Below, one piece after another: positions 25,838 through 42,199 of a stretch of DNA of 64,000 nt. Location: contig CM022675.1 of assembly GCA_012295275.1 (NCBI GenBank), forward strand, positions 10,664,001-10,728,000, written 5' to 3'. How positions within the stretch are numbered: position 1 is the stretch's first letter; each line of letters opens with the position of its first letter. The stretch is from Chrysomallon squamiferum. Taxonomy: Eukaryota; Animalia; Mollusca. The notes beneath the pieces were generated by a model that did no database searches, was not told the origin of the DNA, and was given only the letters and a program-made list of their open reading frames with translations. A program made the position numbers and the translations under genes.

Positions 25838-26781
25838 TGTTTTTTGATACATTTATTTGCATGTTATAGATCCCAAATAATTTATCAGTTTTAATTTAAT
25901 GAAATTTTGTTCTGAAATTCGTTTCTTCATATATAACGCCTCACATATTTATTCTCTTTTATTCATTTTCTTTCATTGATACGTCAGTTCGTTCTATCGT
26001 ACGTTCATTGACGAGCCACTCCGACTAACCAGTTTCATGTTCCACCTACAGACACAACACATCTTCATCTTATCTGCCTAGCCATCTATTCCTGCATACA
26101 CGCACCCCTCTATCACTCGTTCCATCCACCCGTTCATTCATTCATTCATCCGTCTATCCATCCATCGACATCTGCCCATCTGTCCTTATATATATATATC
26201 TATATATATATTCATTTGTTCCACGTATTCATCCATTCATTCTTTCACTCGTCTGTCCATCTATCCGCCCATCAGCGCACCCACCCACCCACCCAGCCGT
26301 GCGCGCGCGTTCTCTCGTTCACACCTGCCCATCTCTTTGTCTCTCTTTTGCAAGCACAGAAAAAAAAATCTATTTTCATTTTTCAAAACACAATCTAAAC
26401 ATACGCGATGTTTGCACTGCGCACAATTACATGGAGCAAACCTCTCTAATGCTGAGGGAGTTTGGGACTTTTTGTGTGTTTTTTTTTTTCCATTATCTTT
26501 CCAACATTTCAACACAACGCACTCTCTCTCTCTCCATCTCTCGCTTCCAACATGGCGGTTTCGGCCAGATATCGTCGAGTCCGGTTGAGAGGACACCAGA
26601 CAGACACGTCTGTCCACACACGCGCGTCCTTCAGGAATTGTTACCCAAATTGAACATCGATTTTCATACACCGTGTGCGCTCACGTTGAAATCAGACCAC
26701 GGAATAACCGACGTGGTGCTAATGTGAAATAATGAAGCAGTTTCGTCTTCATTATCAACGCCACAGAGCTTTTCTTTCTTT

Positions 26782-26816
<35 letters not shown>

Positions 26817-27395
26817 CTCATCTGAAAAATTTAAAGAAAAATATGTTTTTTTTTCTGTATGTTTCGTTTATTATTCTTTTTTTTTGTTAATTATTTAAAA
26901 TTCTTATCTCGGTGGATTTTAGGAATATGTTTTGAATGGATATGGTTTTGAAAAAGGAAAAAGAAAAAGAAAAAAAAAAAAAAAAAAAAGAAATGGAATA
27001 AAAATTAACAAAAAGATGAAAGGAGTTATGGTTCAAATTGGTTTATTATATTTTTGTTTTTCTTTTGAAATGATGAAAGGACCAAGGGATTCAGATATAA
27101 AGTGGTTATTATTTTTGTTTTTGTAAATGATAAAACAGACAACAGGAACAAATTATAAATTGGTTTAAAATTAGAAGAAATAAAACGACGATAAATAAAT
27201 AAATAAATTTAACAAAACGAAATGTAGTTAGAGCAAAAATTCTAAAATGGAGAATTGATAGTGTCATAAAAAAATAAACAAAACAAAACAAAATAAAATA
27301 AAATAAAATAAAATAAAATAAAAATGAAACGAAAATAAATAAACAAATAAATAAATGAAAATAATAACAATAACAGCAACAACAGCAACAACGTC

Positions 27396-27441
<46 letters not shown>

Positions 27442-27656
27442 CAGACTATAAACTTCATAGGCTAATCTAAATAAAGCAAAATGTTTCAAGGAAACTTTCC
27501 CTTTTTACCGTTTTCCGATAAGGTTCGAAAATATTTTGTCATATCACAAGGTAAAGAATTATTAATTCGGCCAAATTTAGGTTTTCAAACTATAAATACA
27601 GATAATTCAATGGCAAATTTAATTTATTCATGTCAGACTCAAGTTTGTTATTAACA

Positions 27657-27693
27657 TTCTTCTTCTTCTTCTTCTTCTTCTTCTTCTTCTTCT
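27657..27693. repeat. (TTC)n microsatellite
   Basis: About 12 units here against about 26 at 40698-40776. Confidence 0.95.
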
Positions 27694-28110
27694 AAGGAAT
27701 ACTCTACAGTATTAACATATTCTGTAAATATCTTGGGAAATGTTTATAATATTCCGAACCGGCAAACTGCCTGATTTCATTATTAGTATAAAACATTACG
27801 TACACTTAAATCTTGAGCTGTAGGCAGATAAGCTTACAGATGAGTTCATAGCACACGTTATCTGAGACAACGCAGAGAGACCCAGACACTCTGTCATATC
27901 TTAATATCTTAATATACTAACATTAATATACTAACACTGATATTGTTTTTGACGGACAGTGTAGTCACGTACGTTATTTGCCTGCGTACTTTGTTTTCAG
28001 TAGAATTTACTGATTGAATTGAAAAATGAAGATGTATATTTTTACTTTTGTTGTTGTTGTTGTTGTTATAATTATGGATTATAATTATTATTTATTATGA
28101 ATTATTATAA

Positions 28111-28157
<47 letters not shown>

Positions 28158-28461
28158 GTGAAAATTATTGTTTTAAATGCAGCATTATTTTCATTATTAA
28201 TGTGCCTGCTTTTATCTTTAAACAAAAATTATTTGTAAATGTTAGAAAGATAGATAACTAGCTAACTAACTGAATAAATAAACGAATAAGGTAAGTACTT
28301 TTCAAAGAAAAAAAAGAAGAAAAAGCTCCACGAAAATTCAATTACGAAAAACAAATCAATTACAAATAATTACAACTGCGTTTAGAGATATGATTAATAT
28401 AATTAAACATACTAATGTTATCAGCATAAAATCATTATTATAATTATAATTACAATTATTA

Positions 28462-28497
<36 letters not shown>

Positions 28498-29382
28498 GAA
28501 ACATATATTCGAACAGATGGGCTTTAATTTCCATAACCACAAATAATGTATTTAACATTCTAACACAACAACAAGAAAATAATAATTATTATATTTTCAA
28601 AAAAAAATTAAAAAAAAAAAAAAAAAAAAAAAAATTAAAACACAAGATAAAGATAATAAAAATAAAAACATCCACAGCACAGCAATTTTCATCTTTAGAT
28701 TTATCCCTTCCCTTCTGGCAGCCTTGTCAGCTAGCGTCTCTCGACCCGCCTCGTTCTCGTGTCATCTCTCCCCTTTAAGCGTGTTTGCAGACAGAGAGAA
28801 ATCGAGGAATTGTCTGGCATTGGACGGATTAGTCGCGGGTGTTGACACAGTTGAAAATATTTGCTGAAGGATTGGGAGAGGTGATAAATCCACTTCACTG
28901 CAGAGACTGGTGTTCGATTTTGATGGAGATCGCATGACAGACAGTATTTTTCTACAAGCCGAAGCCCCAGTCCAATTAAAACGTCGCCATCATTTGCAGA
29001 CTTAAAACCTTTTTTTTTTTTTTTTCTTTTTTTTTTTCGTTTGGTCTTTTTGTCTTTCTTCACAGTGATCGATTTGACGTTACACCGTGACGAAATATCA
29101 TAGGGAGAAAATAAGCAGCGCACCGCCAAACCGCAAACACACGGGAGAAAATTACAGTTTACATTTCTGCGATTGCTGAAGATTCGATGTTTTTGCAATT
29201 TGTGCGGCGAATCTGACACAAGACCCCGAAGAGGATTAATGCAAATATTGAAGTGTACAAGAGGTTTTGAATAAACATAATAATTTTTTCAAAACCATTG
29301 ATTTATTATTATTTTTTTTATTGTTATTATTTTTTTTTAACCACACTCACTTACTTGATGAAAAGTTAGAAAATGTATTGTT

Positions 29383-29423
<41 letters not shown>

Positions 29424-32400
29424 TGTGATAATAATAATAGCTATGATAATGATTACATAAATGAAGATGATGATGATGCTGATTATCATGGTAGTGTAGT
29501 GCGCATGCGTAAAGTGTAATAGATAAAATATACAGAATGTCTGTCATTATGATTTATTATTTATCTTATATAATAATTATGACGTTTTCAGACCTAGTTT
29601 GAGTATTAAAAATGAGTATATTTTCAGACAAAATGTTTTTGTCACACAGACACACAAACATACATCCACGCACCCGTAATGTTGAAAAAAACCTGTTTGG
29701 TTTGTTCTTATGCAAGTTGCCGTCTACAAACCATTAAAAGACAGAGGTAACTTTTTTCTTTTGCGTTGTTTTATATATATTCTTAAAAAAAAAAAAATAA
29801 ATAAATAAACATCAGTGAATATATTCCGTATACCAAAATACATTTTCCCTTTCAAACAAGATCAAAGAAATTTAAAATAAAAAATAAAATAATTAAAAAA
29901 AAAGAAATAGAAATATGAAGGAGAAACTACTTAAAAGAATGTTCCGTCTTTCCAAAAAAAAAAAAAAAAAATGAAAAAAAAAAAATATTCGTAAGATGAT
30001 AATTGTCGGCAACTTTCCGCATGTCACAAAATGTTAAAAGGAAAGTTAAACCGTTTGAGCACCCCTGCTTGAAAACGGCCTGTTATGACAACTTGTCAAA
30101 TACGATTAGTTTGAGAATACGCGACTGAAACGTATCAGTCTGTGCAACAAAGGCTGGCGGTGTAAGGGATTCGCTTTCAGCACTTCAAAAGAAAAACCGT
30201 GTCTCGCTTCGCGAAAACACTGTAATGTCGGAGTCGTGTTTTGAGAACGCTAACGCTAACGGCCACGGGGTAAAATAACTGTCTTTTTTTGTTTTGTTGT
30301 TGTTTTTTCTTTCGTTCTTTCTTTCTTCCCTCAGAAGAGGAAGAAAAAGAGAAATACTATTTATTTGTTTAGACACAGAAGCGTTATATCTCCTCTTCGT
30401 GTTAACACGCTTTAATGACCGTGACGTAATATCCGGTTTGCTTGAAATAGCAAACAGCACGCGCCAACCAGAAAAAAAAAAAATAATAAAATAAAAAAAA
30501 AAAAAAGAAGAAGAAGAAGAAGAAAAATAAGAAAGCTATAGTTTATCAAACTTTGTTCGTTCAGTAAATATTCAGATCAAATATCATGGTTTTTGGTAAT
30601 ATTCAGTAATAATAAATATTCGTTAATTGTTTAAATATGAACAAGTAAATTATTACATTTAGTTTAAAATAACGTTAATTTATCATTCGCCTAATCGTGG
30701 TTGTTACTAGTTTCAAAAGACGTAACTGAATTTATAACATAGGGAACTTTTAACAAAATACACCGCTGAGTATGATTTAAATAACAACAACAATAATAGT
30801 AATGATGATGTCGATCTTGATGACGACGACGATGATATTGATGAAGATAATATTAATAATACACACATACATACATACATACATACATACATACATACAT
30901 AAGGCAATTTATCACATTCTGACAAATATTAACATTTATATAATTGTCATTATTCCGATTTCATTTATCATTCACAATATTGTGTTGCTGTTTTTCTCTA
31001 TTTTCTTAATTATTATTTTATTAGTAATGTTACGCAGAAACATCATTCTAGGTATTACAACAGCTGTGATTTGGTTGAATTTTTTTTATAGAAACACAAT
31101 GTTTCACCCCATGAAAAAAAAAAGCTTATTATAATTTTAAAATTAATTAACGTGAATTATTCTTTCCTTTTTTAATTTTAATTTGATAATGGCTGGAACA
31201 GACAAATGTGCAAGATGCGCATATTTGGAATATTTAATTTCATATTTGCCTCATTATTTCTATTAGTTGAAAATGTAACCACATTTGGTATTCAGAATTG
31301 TTTATGCATTTCAGCAAAACTGGAATACTTTTGAAATAAGGTGAGAAAACTTTTGAAGAAAATGTTCTGCAAGATGCTTTTCGACCGACATCCGATGAAA
31401 CTAGACTAAAAGTGTTGTACTGAAATTTGTAATATTTTTTGCTTTTTAAAATCAGATGAAAGATTTTGTTTTTTAAATTATTATATAATATATAAATTGT
31501 TACCTATTTTGATATCTGAAATCTCTTGTGTTTATCAGCAAACTGATGTATTTTGTGTTAAATGAAAATATATGCTAATTTCCGTTTCGGATTTAGATCC
31601 ATGTTTTTACAAGAATATTAAATAATAAAGATTTTGGTTACCCCCTCATCCATCCCCCACCCCGCCAAAAAAGAATAAAGATATAAAATAAAACAAAACA
31701 AAACAAACAACAACAAAACACTCCTAAAAATAAAAAAATTAAAATTAAAAATTAAAATACCTAAAACAAATTGAAATAAATGTATTATATTTCTTAAATT
31801 CAAAGAAATAATATATTTTATTAATGAAAATAATATTTTGTTCTATTATACACATATACACACACACAGACATACAGAAATACATTTTGTTTTTTCAAAA
31901 ACATTTACAGTCTTTGAAATAATATACGACAAAACACGAATATTATTTCATTCTGTTTTAACAGAATACCAAAATTAGTTGCAGATGAAAAAATGATCAT
32001 TTGCTGAACAATAAAAAATAATTAATTTTTAATTGAAATATAAGCTCATTAGAATAAAAAAGGACGTGATATTTTTTTTGAGGCTTTTATGAAAGTTCAC
32101 ACATAAACATCTGATTTATAGAGATAACTAAAAAAAAAAAAAGGCTCGTTACTCTCATTGTTAAGTTTATAAACAAAATTGAATATCATGTGCAAATCTC
32201 ATAAATTATTTTTATAATATTTTTTTTGTATTAGATATAACTGCGGAAATCATGCTTATCTAACATTTATGAATTCAGCACTGAAACACGATACCAAAAT
32301 AAACACTTAACTGTCATAGTAGTCAGACTTCACGTTCGTAAGTTTACGGACAAGTAAATCAACGTATGAAAGGAATGAAAGAAAGACTGAAAAAGGAATT

Positions 32401-32547
32401 AAAGTAAGGAAAGAGAGAAGGATAAAAAAAAAAAAGAAAGAAGAATGAAGGAATGATATACAGATAGGAAAAAAGTGGATGGACGGATAGAGTAAGAGAA
32501 GAATATATGCTTTAGAGTAAAAAGTTCAACGGCATCCCAACAGAACA

Positions 32548-32628
32548 TATATATATATCTATATCTATATCTATCTATCTATCTATATATCTATATATCT
32601 ATCTATATATATATATATATATATATAT

Positions 32629-32659
<31 letters not shown>

Positions 32660-32722
32660 TAGATATAGATATATAAATATATATACACAAACTCTAGATA
32701 TATATAGAGGATAAAGATGAAG

Positions 32723-32776
<54 letters not shown>
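32548..32776. repeat. Compound (TA)n/(GATA)n/(GA)n microsatellite
   Basis: Seen directly. Its counterpart is at ~45713-45994. Confidence 0.92.
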
Positions 32777-32777
<1 letters not shown>

Positions 32778-32815
32778 ATGACATGGATATACATATTAAT
32801 TTCTAACATTATTAA

Positions 32816-33015
32816 NNNNNNNNNNNNNNNNNNNNNNNNNNNNNNNNNNNNNNNNNNNNNNNNNNNNNNNNNNNNNNNNNNNNNNNNNNNNNNNNNNNNN
32901 NNNNNNNNNNNNNNNNNNNNNNNNNNNNNNNNNNNNNNNNNNNNNNNNNNNNNNNNNNNNNNNNNNNNNNNNNNNNNNNNNNNNNNNNNNNNNNNNNNNN
33001 NNNNNNNNNNNNNNN
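32816..33015. other. Assembly gap of 200 N
   Basis: Exactly 200 N, a fixed-size scaffolding spacer. Confidence 0.99.
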
Positions 33016-34286
33016 ATAAAATGATAATGATGATGATAATAACAACAATAATTCTCATTGACAGAAACATGACAAATGGTAAGATATCTGTCTTTGTTTT
33101 TATTTTATTTTATTTTTTGTTGTATTTTTGGTCTTTTTTCATTTTACAAATTCATTTCTTCTGTACTGATAGTACGTTTTCTTTCTTTTGTTAATAATTC
33201 ATTAAATCAGTGTAGTGATTAGTACGTGTGAAAGATTTTCACAGTGGGATTTGAACATTTATTTATTCATTGACTTCAACGGTAGACATTTAAAATAAGG
33301 AAAGTCACCGCATGCATACTATTGCCTGTATTACTTCTTTTTTGAAAGAAACAACCTACCTTTTCGAAATATACTTCACCCATGCAAAAAAGATGCAAAA
33401 AGAGACAAGAAAATAAAAAAAAATAAAATAAAAGGTAAAAAAAAAGAAAGAAAGAAAAGGAAAAGAAAAAAAGAAAGAACGAAAAGATTAATAATAATAA
33501 TAATAATAATTAAAAAAAAAAAAGATACTGAGAATTTAAGAAAACGAATAAATGCATATTTAAATAAATCGACAATTTTCTTTTTTAATTTAACATTACA
33601 TTTCTCACTCTGTTTCTGTAGTCATTTCATTTTCTTTCTTTATTTCTTTCTTCCTCCCTCCCCGTTATCTAATTTTCAATTTCTTTTTTTTTCTTTTTCT
33701 TTTTCTTTTTTTTCGAATTACTGAAAATCGTGTTGTGATTAGCTAACTAATAATCGACGAGAGCGCGCTCCGTGCAATTAACACGTTTCAAAAACGATCT
33801 GATTGGCAACCGTTTATTTCATGACACGCCTCTGATTGGTTATCTAGGCAAAAACAAAAAGTGGCACGCGACCGAGTGATCAATTTCAATTCCACTTGAA
33901 CTTTAGTCATATCTTCAAGTGTTCCAGACATTTAAGACGTCATCGTGAATTCTGTAACACACTCGTAAAGGTTATTTGCGAGTTGAAGAAAACGAATTAA
34001 TTTCGAGCCGAGCCTGTTTAATTATTTAGACTTTGTCCGTCCGTCCGTTCGTCTGACTGCGCTGCGCGTCTCTGGGTAGGTGTGTAGGTCAGAATTAATG
34101 AATTGCGATGGATAAAAGGATTTGGAAACTTAATCTGTTTGTTTGTTGTAATGATAATCGTATTTTGTCAAATGACAGCGGTCGAAAGGATTTGAAAAAG
34201 GTCGGGAATAAAGTAAAATAATAATAAAAAAAATAAAATACTACTACTACTACTACTATTACTACTACTACTACTATTAATAATAA

Positions 34287-34326
<40 letters not shown>

Positions 34327-37300
34327 AAAAACAGTCAATTACTTTCTGATCATGTAAAGCAGACTTGTCAGACACGTGGTCCTTTACAAACAAAACTTCG
34401 GTCCAAAAGCACATCAAAAATTTCTACAACGTGAACACGTTTTATCTTCGAAAAATATAGATATATATATATTTTTAAAACTTTCCTTTAAGCTAATCAA
34501 AGCCTGACTGATCAAAACTTGTCTTTTCTGATCAAAGTCAGAACTGCAGACATTTCAACCAAACATACCCAAAAAAACTATCAACAAGAAAAGGTGTCAA
34601 ATCGCAGGACAAAACAATAAAAAAATGATTGAACAAATAAATGTTAAGTTTTGAACTGTTGTAATTTTTTGTACAATCTAGGATAACTGCTGTTGGACAC
34701 TGCAAATATATGTTTTCGTTTAAAAATTTTAATTTTTTAAGTCAAAACTTCTTCATTACTTTGTATTCATGAATGGTGCTAAATTGCTAAAACATTCGTA
34801 TACACATCTATGTTATAGATTAAGCCTAGTGCAGACGAATTAAATATAAATTGATTATAATACGCTTTTTGTTTCCTAGTTCTGTTGGTGCGGCCCCAAA
34901 CACACTCAAATTTTATTTCTGCGGGCCTAGGTAAGACTTGACTTTGACGCCTCTGATGTAAGGTATAAAGCAATTGCTCTGAACTCTCTCTTTTTCTGTC
35001 TCTACTGAAACTAATTGGCGAGGCACCAGTTGTATATGGTCTTATGGGAAGAAAGTCAAAACAACAAGAAAACATCCTTATCTGTTTCAAGTGGCGATAA
35101 TAATAATAACAGTTACTTGGAAGTTGTTATGGTAGTAGTAGTAGTAATTGTCGCTGTAGTTGTAGTAGCAATGAAAGTAGAAGTAGCAGTTAAAGTACTA
35201 AATCATTTATGCATCTTCTAGAAAACCGCTCTAGGAGTGTATTAGTTGGTATCTCTTAACGAAAGTTCATTCTCTGTTTTATGTTTTAAGTATAATTATA
35301 TTAAGCATCCTTCCAGACAACCAGAAAATCCAGAAATCCGGGTCAACGTTGGTCCCAAGTTTACTTTGTGACTGGTCTGGCATCTGTACTAAAATTAGTA
35401 GTAACAGTGAAAATAGTTGTGATGGTATTGCAGGTAGATGAAGTAGTAATATGGTAGTATTATTATTATTATTAGAAGAAATAATAATTGCTACACTACT
35501 GTAATAGTGGTAGCAGCTGCAGTAGTCGTCACAGTAGTATAGCTGCACAAGCAGTGGTAGTAATAGTAATAGTAGTATTAATATTATTAGTAGCAGTAGC
35601 AGTAGTTGCTGTACTAATTGCAGTATAGACAGAAGTAATAATAATAATAGCAAAAGCGATAATTGTAATAGTAGCAATATCAGTACTGGTAATAACAGTA
35701 ACAGTGACAATATTATTAATAGTGGTAGTAGTAGTGGCAGCAGCAACAGCAGCAGTAGTATCAGTCGTAGTAATAACAGTATAATTAATAGTAATAGTAG
35801 AAGTTGTAGTAGTAGCAGTTGCTGTTGTTGTTGGAGAGTGCTAAAAACACTAAAAATGTATGTTTATTTTGTAACACTGACATCTGGTTGTTTTCTGCCG
35901 CTGATCTGGGAAAATGAGAAGGAAACCGGAGTCAAGTCTCTCTCCTGACTGCTTCTTCTCTGTAACGTTTCTTTTTTCTTTTTCTTTTTTCTGAAACTAC
36001 GGTGTCCTGACCTTTTGAATTACTAATCTGTCTTTCTCACCTAACATGGGACAAGCAGTAGTTTTCATATCGAGGAGTCAATTGTTGTATTCGCTGGAAG
36101 ATTAGGACCTTTTCGCCGCGTCACCGATCACCCGAAACCTGCAATTAGGCAAAGTGCCCGGGTCGAACGCAAACGAGCCACGGAGGTTTTTTTTTTTTTT
36201 TTTTTTACAATGTGTCGCCTCCTTGTTTGTTAGACTTCTCAGCGGAAACGTCACTCCTGCATTGGCTGCTACCCTGTGGTTCGAGGTGACAGAAAGGAAC
36301 CCGGGATAACCAGTACTTCTGTGGACGTTTTTAAAAGTCGTCGAGAATGGAGATGAATTATAGGGGTGTGTGTGTGTGTGGGGGGTGTTGGCGAGATCGA
36401 AGCCAAGGCGTGAAAGGTGTGACAGTATAGGGGGCGAGTTTTAAAGCCGTTAGAATGTTGGCATGATTGATGAACGAAGGAGGAAAAGGAAGAAAGAATG
36501 AGTGAATGAATGAATGAATGAGAGAATGAATGAAGAATGCGTAAGAGAAGGAATAATGTTTATTCGCTGATAAAGATGAAGTAAGAGAAAGAAAGGAAGA
36601 AAAATACATATACAAAGACATTAAAATAAAAATTAAATTACATGAAAAATGTATGCAAATGTGTAAACCAGATGACAATATATATATTTTTAAAGTTTTA
36701 ACATTCTTTTATTCAGAATGTTCAGGCACATTAAATCAGGAATTAAGTAGTAGTATTTGTTATAAAGCTATGCAAATATTAACATTTCTTAATTTAATTT
36801 AAATATAATTATCATTTGCAGAGATATTGTCACAAGCTTCATTTTGAAACGATGTCATCAGTACATGTGATCACAAAAAGATACTTGTAGCTGTATATTA
36901 GTAATCATACTAAAGTAATTCTAGAAGTCAGAAAACATATAAAAACAGTTTATTTATTAATCATGTTATTTTGTATTTAAACATGATTATTTATAAAAAA
37001 ACAGAACAAATTGTAACCATACATATATATGTTAACAAAGCAAAACTATTCAAACAGAATCGACTACATAAAACTAACACAAATTCTAATTAAAATTATA
37101 CTTTTATGGAAAGTGTAAGCAGATATTTGAAATAGCTGTTTTAAAAGTATTATATTGAACTAAAAAGTATATTACCTGGGATTTTTCTAATATATTTTCT
37201 GATCAATAATGTATGTGCTGATGTGAAGATCAGAAATACAGTTATAATAACGCTGAAATTGCTTCGCCTTAGATTGTAACATAACTTTCTAACAATCGTT

Positions 37301-38800
37301 TACTTTCGTTTGAAGGTAAAATTTGGTAATAAAAATAGATTTATTTCTCTCTACGTTTAGAAAACATTGATATATCCATCAAACAAGCACGCACGTGCAA
37401 CTGAAGAATAAAAAAAGCACCAAATTGTACATTTCAAAATAAAAAACCAAATGTTACACATTTCATGTACATTTCGTTGTAAAGATTTTTTTAATTTACT
37501 AATCCATTGTCCCGAACGACTGATTTTTTGTCCAACAAAATGTAAATCGTAATGGAACAATAATACTAAAAATTAACCTTCTGACACGGTAAACACTTTA
37601 ATTCTAGATCAAAGGAAAGATCAATCTGCAATACAAGGGTATTTTACACAGAGCTGACACAGAAACAGACAAAAAAAAAAAAAAAATCAAAAAAAAATAT
37701 GCATGGAACATGCCATGCGGAAAAAATATGGTTAATGTGTCTTTAACATCAATCTTTTTTTAATTACGTTAGTTTATGAACAGTGGGTTATACAATCGCT
37801 TACAGTATCGAAGGTTGACAACAATGGCGAAGCTGCAACAATACGTTTGGACATACCCCATTACCAACGCGAAGTTAAGAATTAAGTCATTATTTTTCGC
37901 GTACTGCATAACAGCCGTTTGCGCCGAACAGAACACTGACGTAACGTAACCCAGGGTGCCGACTGAATGGAACTGTGGGAGTAAGCTAAAACTGAACAAC
38001 AGGATAAAAGACACACAGAAAATACAAAATAACAATCAGAGGTCTTTATTTCGATAACTCAATTTACAATGTTCTTTTTAACTTTCTCTTTTTCATTCTT
38101 GCTTTTTTTTTTTTTTTTTTTTTTTTGAATCTAAATTTTTTTTTTTTTTTAAAGAAAGAAAAAAAAAAATTACAACCGTCCTGTCCCATCCATCACAATT
38201 ATTTCAGGCATGTCGAATGTCTGTCGACTGCCTGTAATCTTTTTTTTTTTTTTTTTTTCTTCTAAAAAACAGAGACAAATATCTCGAATTATACTGAAAC
38301 GTTTTCGGAGGCTGGCAAAGTTGCGACTCCCGCTACGAGTACATGGTGAATTTCTGAAAAACGATTGCCATTTATTTGTCCACATCCCAGCAGTTTGCAA
38401 ACACAATGAAATAAAAATAAAATCTGCTTTTAAAATTTCAAAAAAAAAAAAAAAAAAACAAGAAGCGAAAAGGCAACACGCGACACGTGCTGTGTGCATG
38501 CGCGGGTTTGAAACCCCCCCTTCGTTATTTGAAACAAATACGACCCCCCACCTAATTTGAATCGAACACGAATTCTTATTTGAATCGAATGCGACCATCA
38601 GTATTAGCGGGGAGTTTCCAGCACGCGTTCGCCATTGAAAAGTAAAGAATGTTGTTTTTTTGTATTTTTTAATGTCTAAGAAACAAAACAATTGCGCCAA
38701 AAATGTAATTTCGTTATAATTACTGTTATTTTTCTTTTATTCTGAAAGATATGCATATGTGATGTGAGAGAGAGCAAGAGAGTTACAGAGAGAGACTGAG

Positions 38801-38893
<93 letters not shown>

Positions 38894-39823
38894 TGTTTTT
38901 TGATACATTTATTTGCATGTTATAGATCCCAAATAATTTATCAGTTTTAATTTAATGAAATTTTGTTCTGAAATTCGTTTCTTCATATGTAACGCTAAAC
39001 ATATTTATTCTCTTTTATTCATTTTCTTTCATTGATACGTCAGTTCGTTCTTTCGTACGTTCATTGACGAGCCACTCCGACTAACCAGTTTCATGTTCCA
39101 CCTACAAACACAACACATCTTCATCTTATCTGCCAAGCCATCATCTATTCCTGCATACACGCACCCCTCCATCACTCATTCCATCCACCCGTTCATTCAT
39201 TCATTCATCTGTCTATCCATCGACATCTGCTCATCTGTCCTTATACATATATATCTGTATATATATATTCATTCGTTCACTCGTCTGTCCATCTATCCGC
39301 CCATCAGCGCACCCACCCACCCACCCACCCAGCCGTGCGCGCGCGTTCTCTCGTTCACACCTGCCCATCTCTTTGTCTCTCTTTTGCAAGCACAGAAAAA
39401 AAAATCTATTTTCATTTTTCAAAACAGAATCTAAACATACGCGATGTTTGCACTGCGCACAATTACATGGAGCAAACCTCTCTAATGCTGAGGGAGTTTT
39501 GGGCTTTTTTTGTTTTTTTTTTTCCATTATCTTTCCAACATTTCAATACAACACACTCTCTCTCTCTCTCCATCTCTCGCTTCCAACATGGCGGTTTCGG
39601 CCAGATATCGTCGAGTCCGGTTGAGAGGACACCAGACAGACACGTCTGTCCACACACGCGCGTCCTTCAGGAATTGTTACCCAAATTGAACATCGATTTT
39701 CATACACCGTGTGCGCTCACGTTGAAATCAGACCACGGAATAACCGACGTGGTGCTAATGTGAAATAATGAAGCAGTTTCGTCTTCATTATCAACGCCAC
39801 AGAGCTTTTCTTTCTTTTCTTTT

Positions 39824-39855
<32 letters not shown>

Positions 39856-40437
39856 CTCAGATGAAAAATTTAAAGAAAAATATGTTTTTTTTTCTGTATG
39901 TTTCGTTTATTATTCTTCTTCTTTTTTTTAATTATTTAAAATTCTTATCTCGGTGGATTTTAGGAATATGTTTTGAATGGATATGGTTTTGAAAAAGGAA
40001 AAAAGAAAAAAAAAAAAAAAAAAAAAAAAAGAAATGGAATAAAAATTAAAAAAAAAGATGAAAGGAGTTATGGTTCAAATTGGTTTATTATATTTTTGTT
40101 TTTCTTTTGAAATGATGAAAGGACCAAGGGATTCAGATATAAAGTGGTTATTATTTTTGTTTTTGTAAATGATAAAACAGACAACAGGAACAAATTATAA
40201 ATTGGTTTAAAATTAGAAGAAATAAAACGACGATAAATAAATAAATAAATTTAACAAAACGAAATGTAGTTAGAGCAAAAATTCTAAAATGGAGAATTGA
40301 TAGTGTCATAAAAAAATAAACAAAACAAAACAAAATAAAATAAAATAAAATAAAATAAAATAAAAATGAAACGAAAATAAATAAACAAATAAATAAATGA
40401 AAATAATAACAATAACAGCAACAACAACAACAACGTC

Positions 40438-40489
<52 letters not shown>

Positions 40490-41200
40490 CAGACTATAAA
40501 CTTCATAGGCTAATCTAAATAAAGCAAAATATTTCAAGGAATCTTTCCTATTTTCCGTTTTCCGATAAGGTTCGAAAATATTTTGTCATATCACAAGGTA
40601 AAGAATTATTAATTCGGCCAAATTTAGGTTTTCAAACTATAAAAACAGATAATTCAATGGCAAATTTAATTTATTCATGTCAGACTCAAGTTTGTTATTC
40701 TTCTTCTTCTTCTTCTTCTTCTTCTTCTTCTTCTTCTTCTTCTTCTTCTTCTTCTTCTTCTTCTTCTTCTTCTTCTAAGGAATACTCTACAGTATTAACA
40801 CATTCTGTAAATATCTTGGGAAATGTTTATAATATTCCGAACCGGCAAACTGCCTGATTTCATTATTAGTATAAAACATTATGTACACTTAAATCTTGAG
40901 CTGTAGGCAGATAAGCTTACAGATGAGTTCATAGCACACGTTATCTGAGACAACGCAGAGAGACCCAGACACTCTGTCATATCTTAATATACTAACATTA
41001 ATATACTAACACTAATATACTAACACTGATATTGTATTTGACGGACAAAGTAGTGACGTACGTTATTTGCCTGCGTACTTTGTTTTCAGTAGAATTTACT
41101 GATTGAATTGAAAAATGAAGATATATATTTTTTACTGTTGTTGTTGTTGTTGTTGTTATAATTATGGATTGTAATTATCATTTATTATGAATTATTATAA

Positions 41201-41274
<74 letters not shown>

Positions 41275-41579
41275 ATGAAAATAATTGTTTTAAATGCAGC
41301 ATTATTTGCATTATTAATGTGCCTGCTTTTATCTTTAAACAGAAATTATTTGTAAATGTTAAAAAGATAGATAACTAACTAACTAACTAACTAGCTAACT
41401 AACTAACTGAATAAATAAATGAATAAGGTAAGTAAATTTCAAAGAAAAAAAAGAAGAAATAACTCCACGAAAATTCAATTACGAAAAACAAATCAATTAC
41501 AAATAATTACAATTGCGTTTAGAGATATGATTAATATAATTAAACATACTAATGTTATCAGCATAAAATCATTATTATA

Positions 41580-41615
<36 letters not shown>

Positions 41616-41757
41616 TTATATATATATATATATATATCTATAAAGAAAAAATATTTCATAACATATATTCGAACAGATGGGCTTTAATTTCCATAACCGC
41701 AAATAATGTATTTAACATTCTAATACAACAACAAGAAAATAATAATTATTATATTTT

Positions 41758-41801
<44 letters not shown>

Positions 41802-42167
41802 AAAACACAAGATAAAGATAATAAAAATAAAAACATCCACAGCAATTTTCATCTTTAGATTTATCCCTTCCCTTCTGGCAGCCTTGTCAGCTAGCGTCTC
41901 TCGACCCGCCTCGTTCTCGTGTCATCTCTCCCCTTTAAGCGTGTTTGCAGACAGAGAGAAATCGAGGAATTGTCTGGCATTGGACGGATTAGTTGCGGGT
42001 GTTGACACAGTTGAAAATATTTGCTGAAGGATTGGGAGAGGTGATAAATCCACTTCACTGCAGAGACTGGTGTTCGATTTTGATGGAGATCGCATGACAG
42101 ACAGTATTTTTCTACAAGCCGAAGCCCCAGTCCAATTAAAACGTCGCCATCATTTGCAGACTTAAAA

Positions 42168-42199
<32 letters not shown>

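Larger units (their letters stand above)
20016..32815 (+). repeat. Copy 1 of ~13 kb direct duplication (probable uncollapsed haplotype)
   Basis: Colinear end to end with 33016-46033 and ends exactly at the N gap. Differences are SNPs, small indels and microsatellite lengths. Confidence 0.95.

Noticed and set aside
30111-30562. Partial miR-137-like (TTGAGAATACGCG, 30111) and miR-375-like (TTTGTTCGTTC, 30552) words
   Set aside because: The matches are incomplete and there is no star arm.
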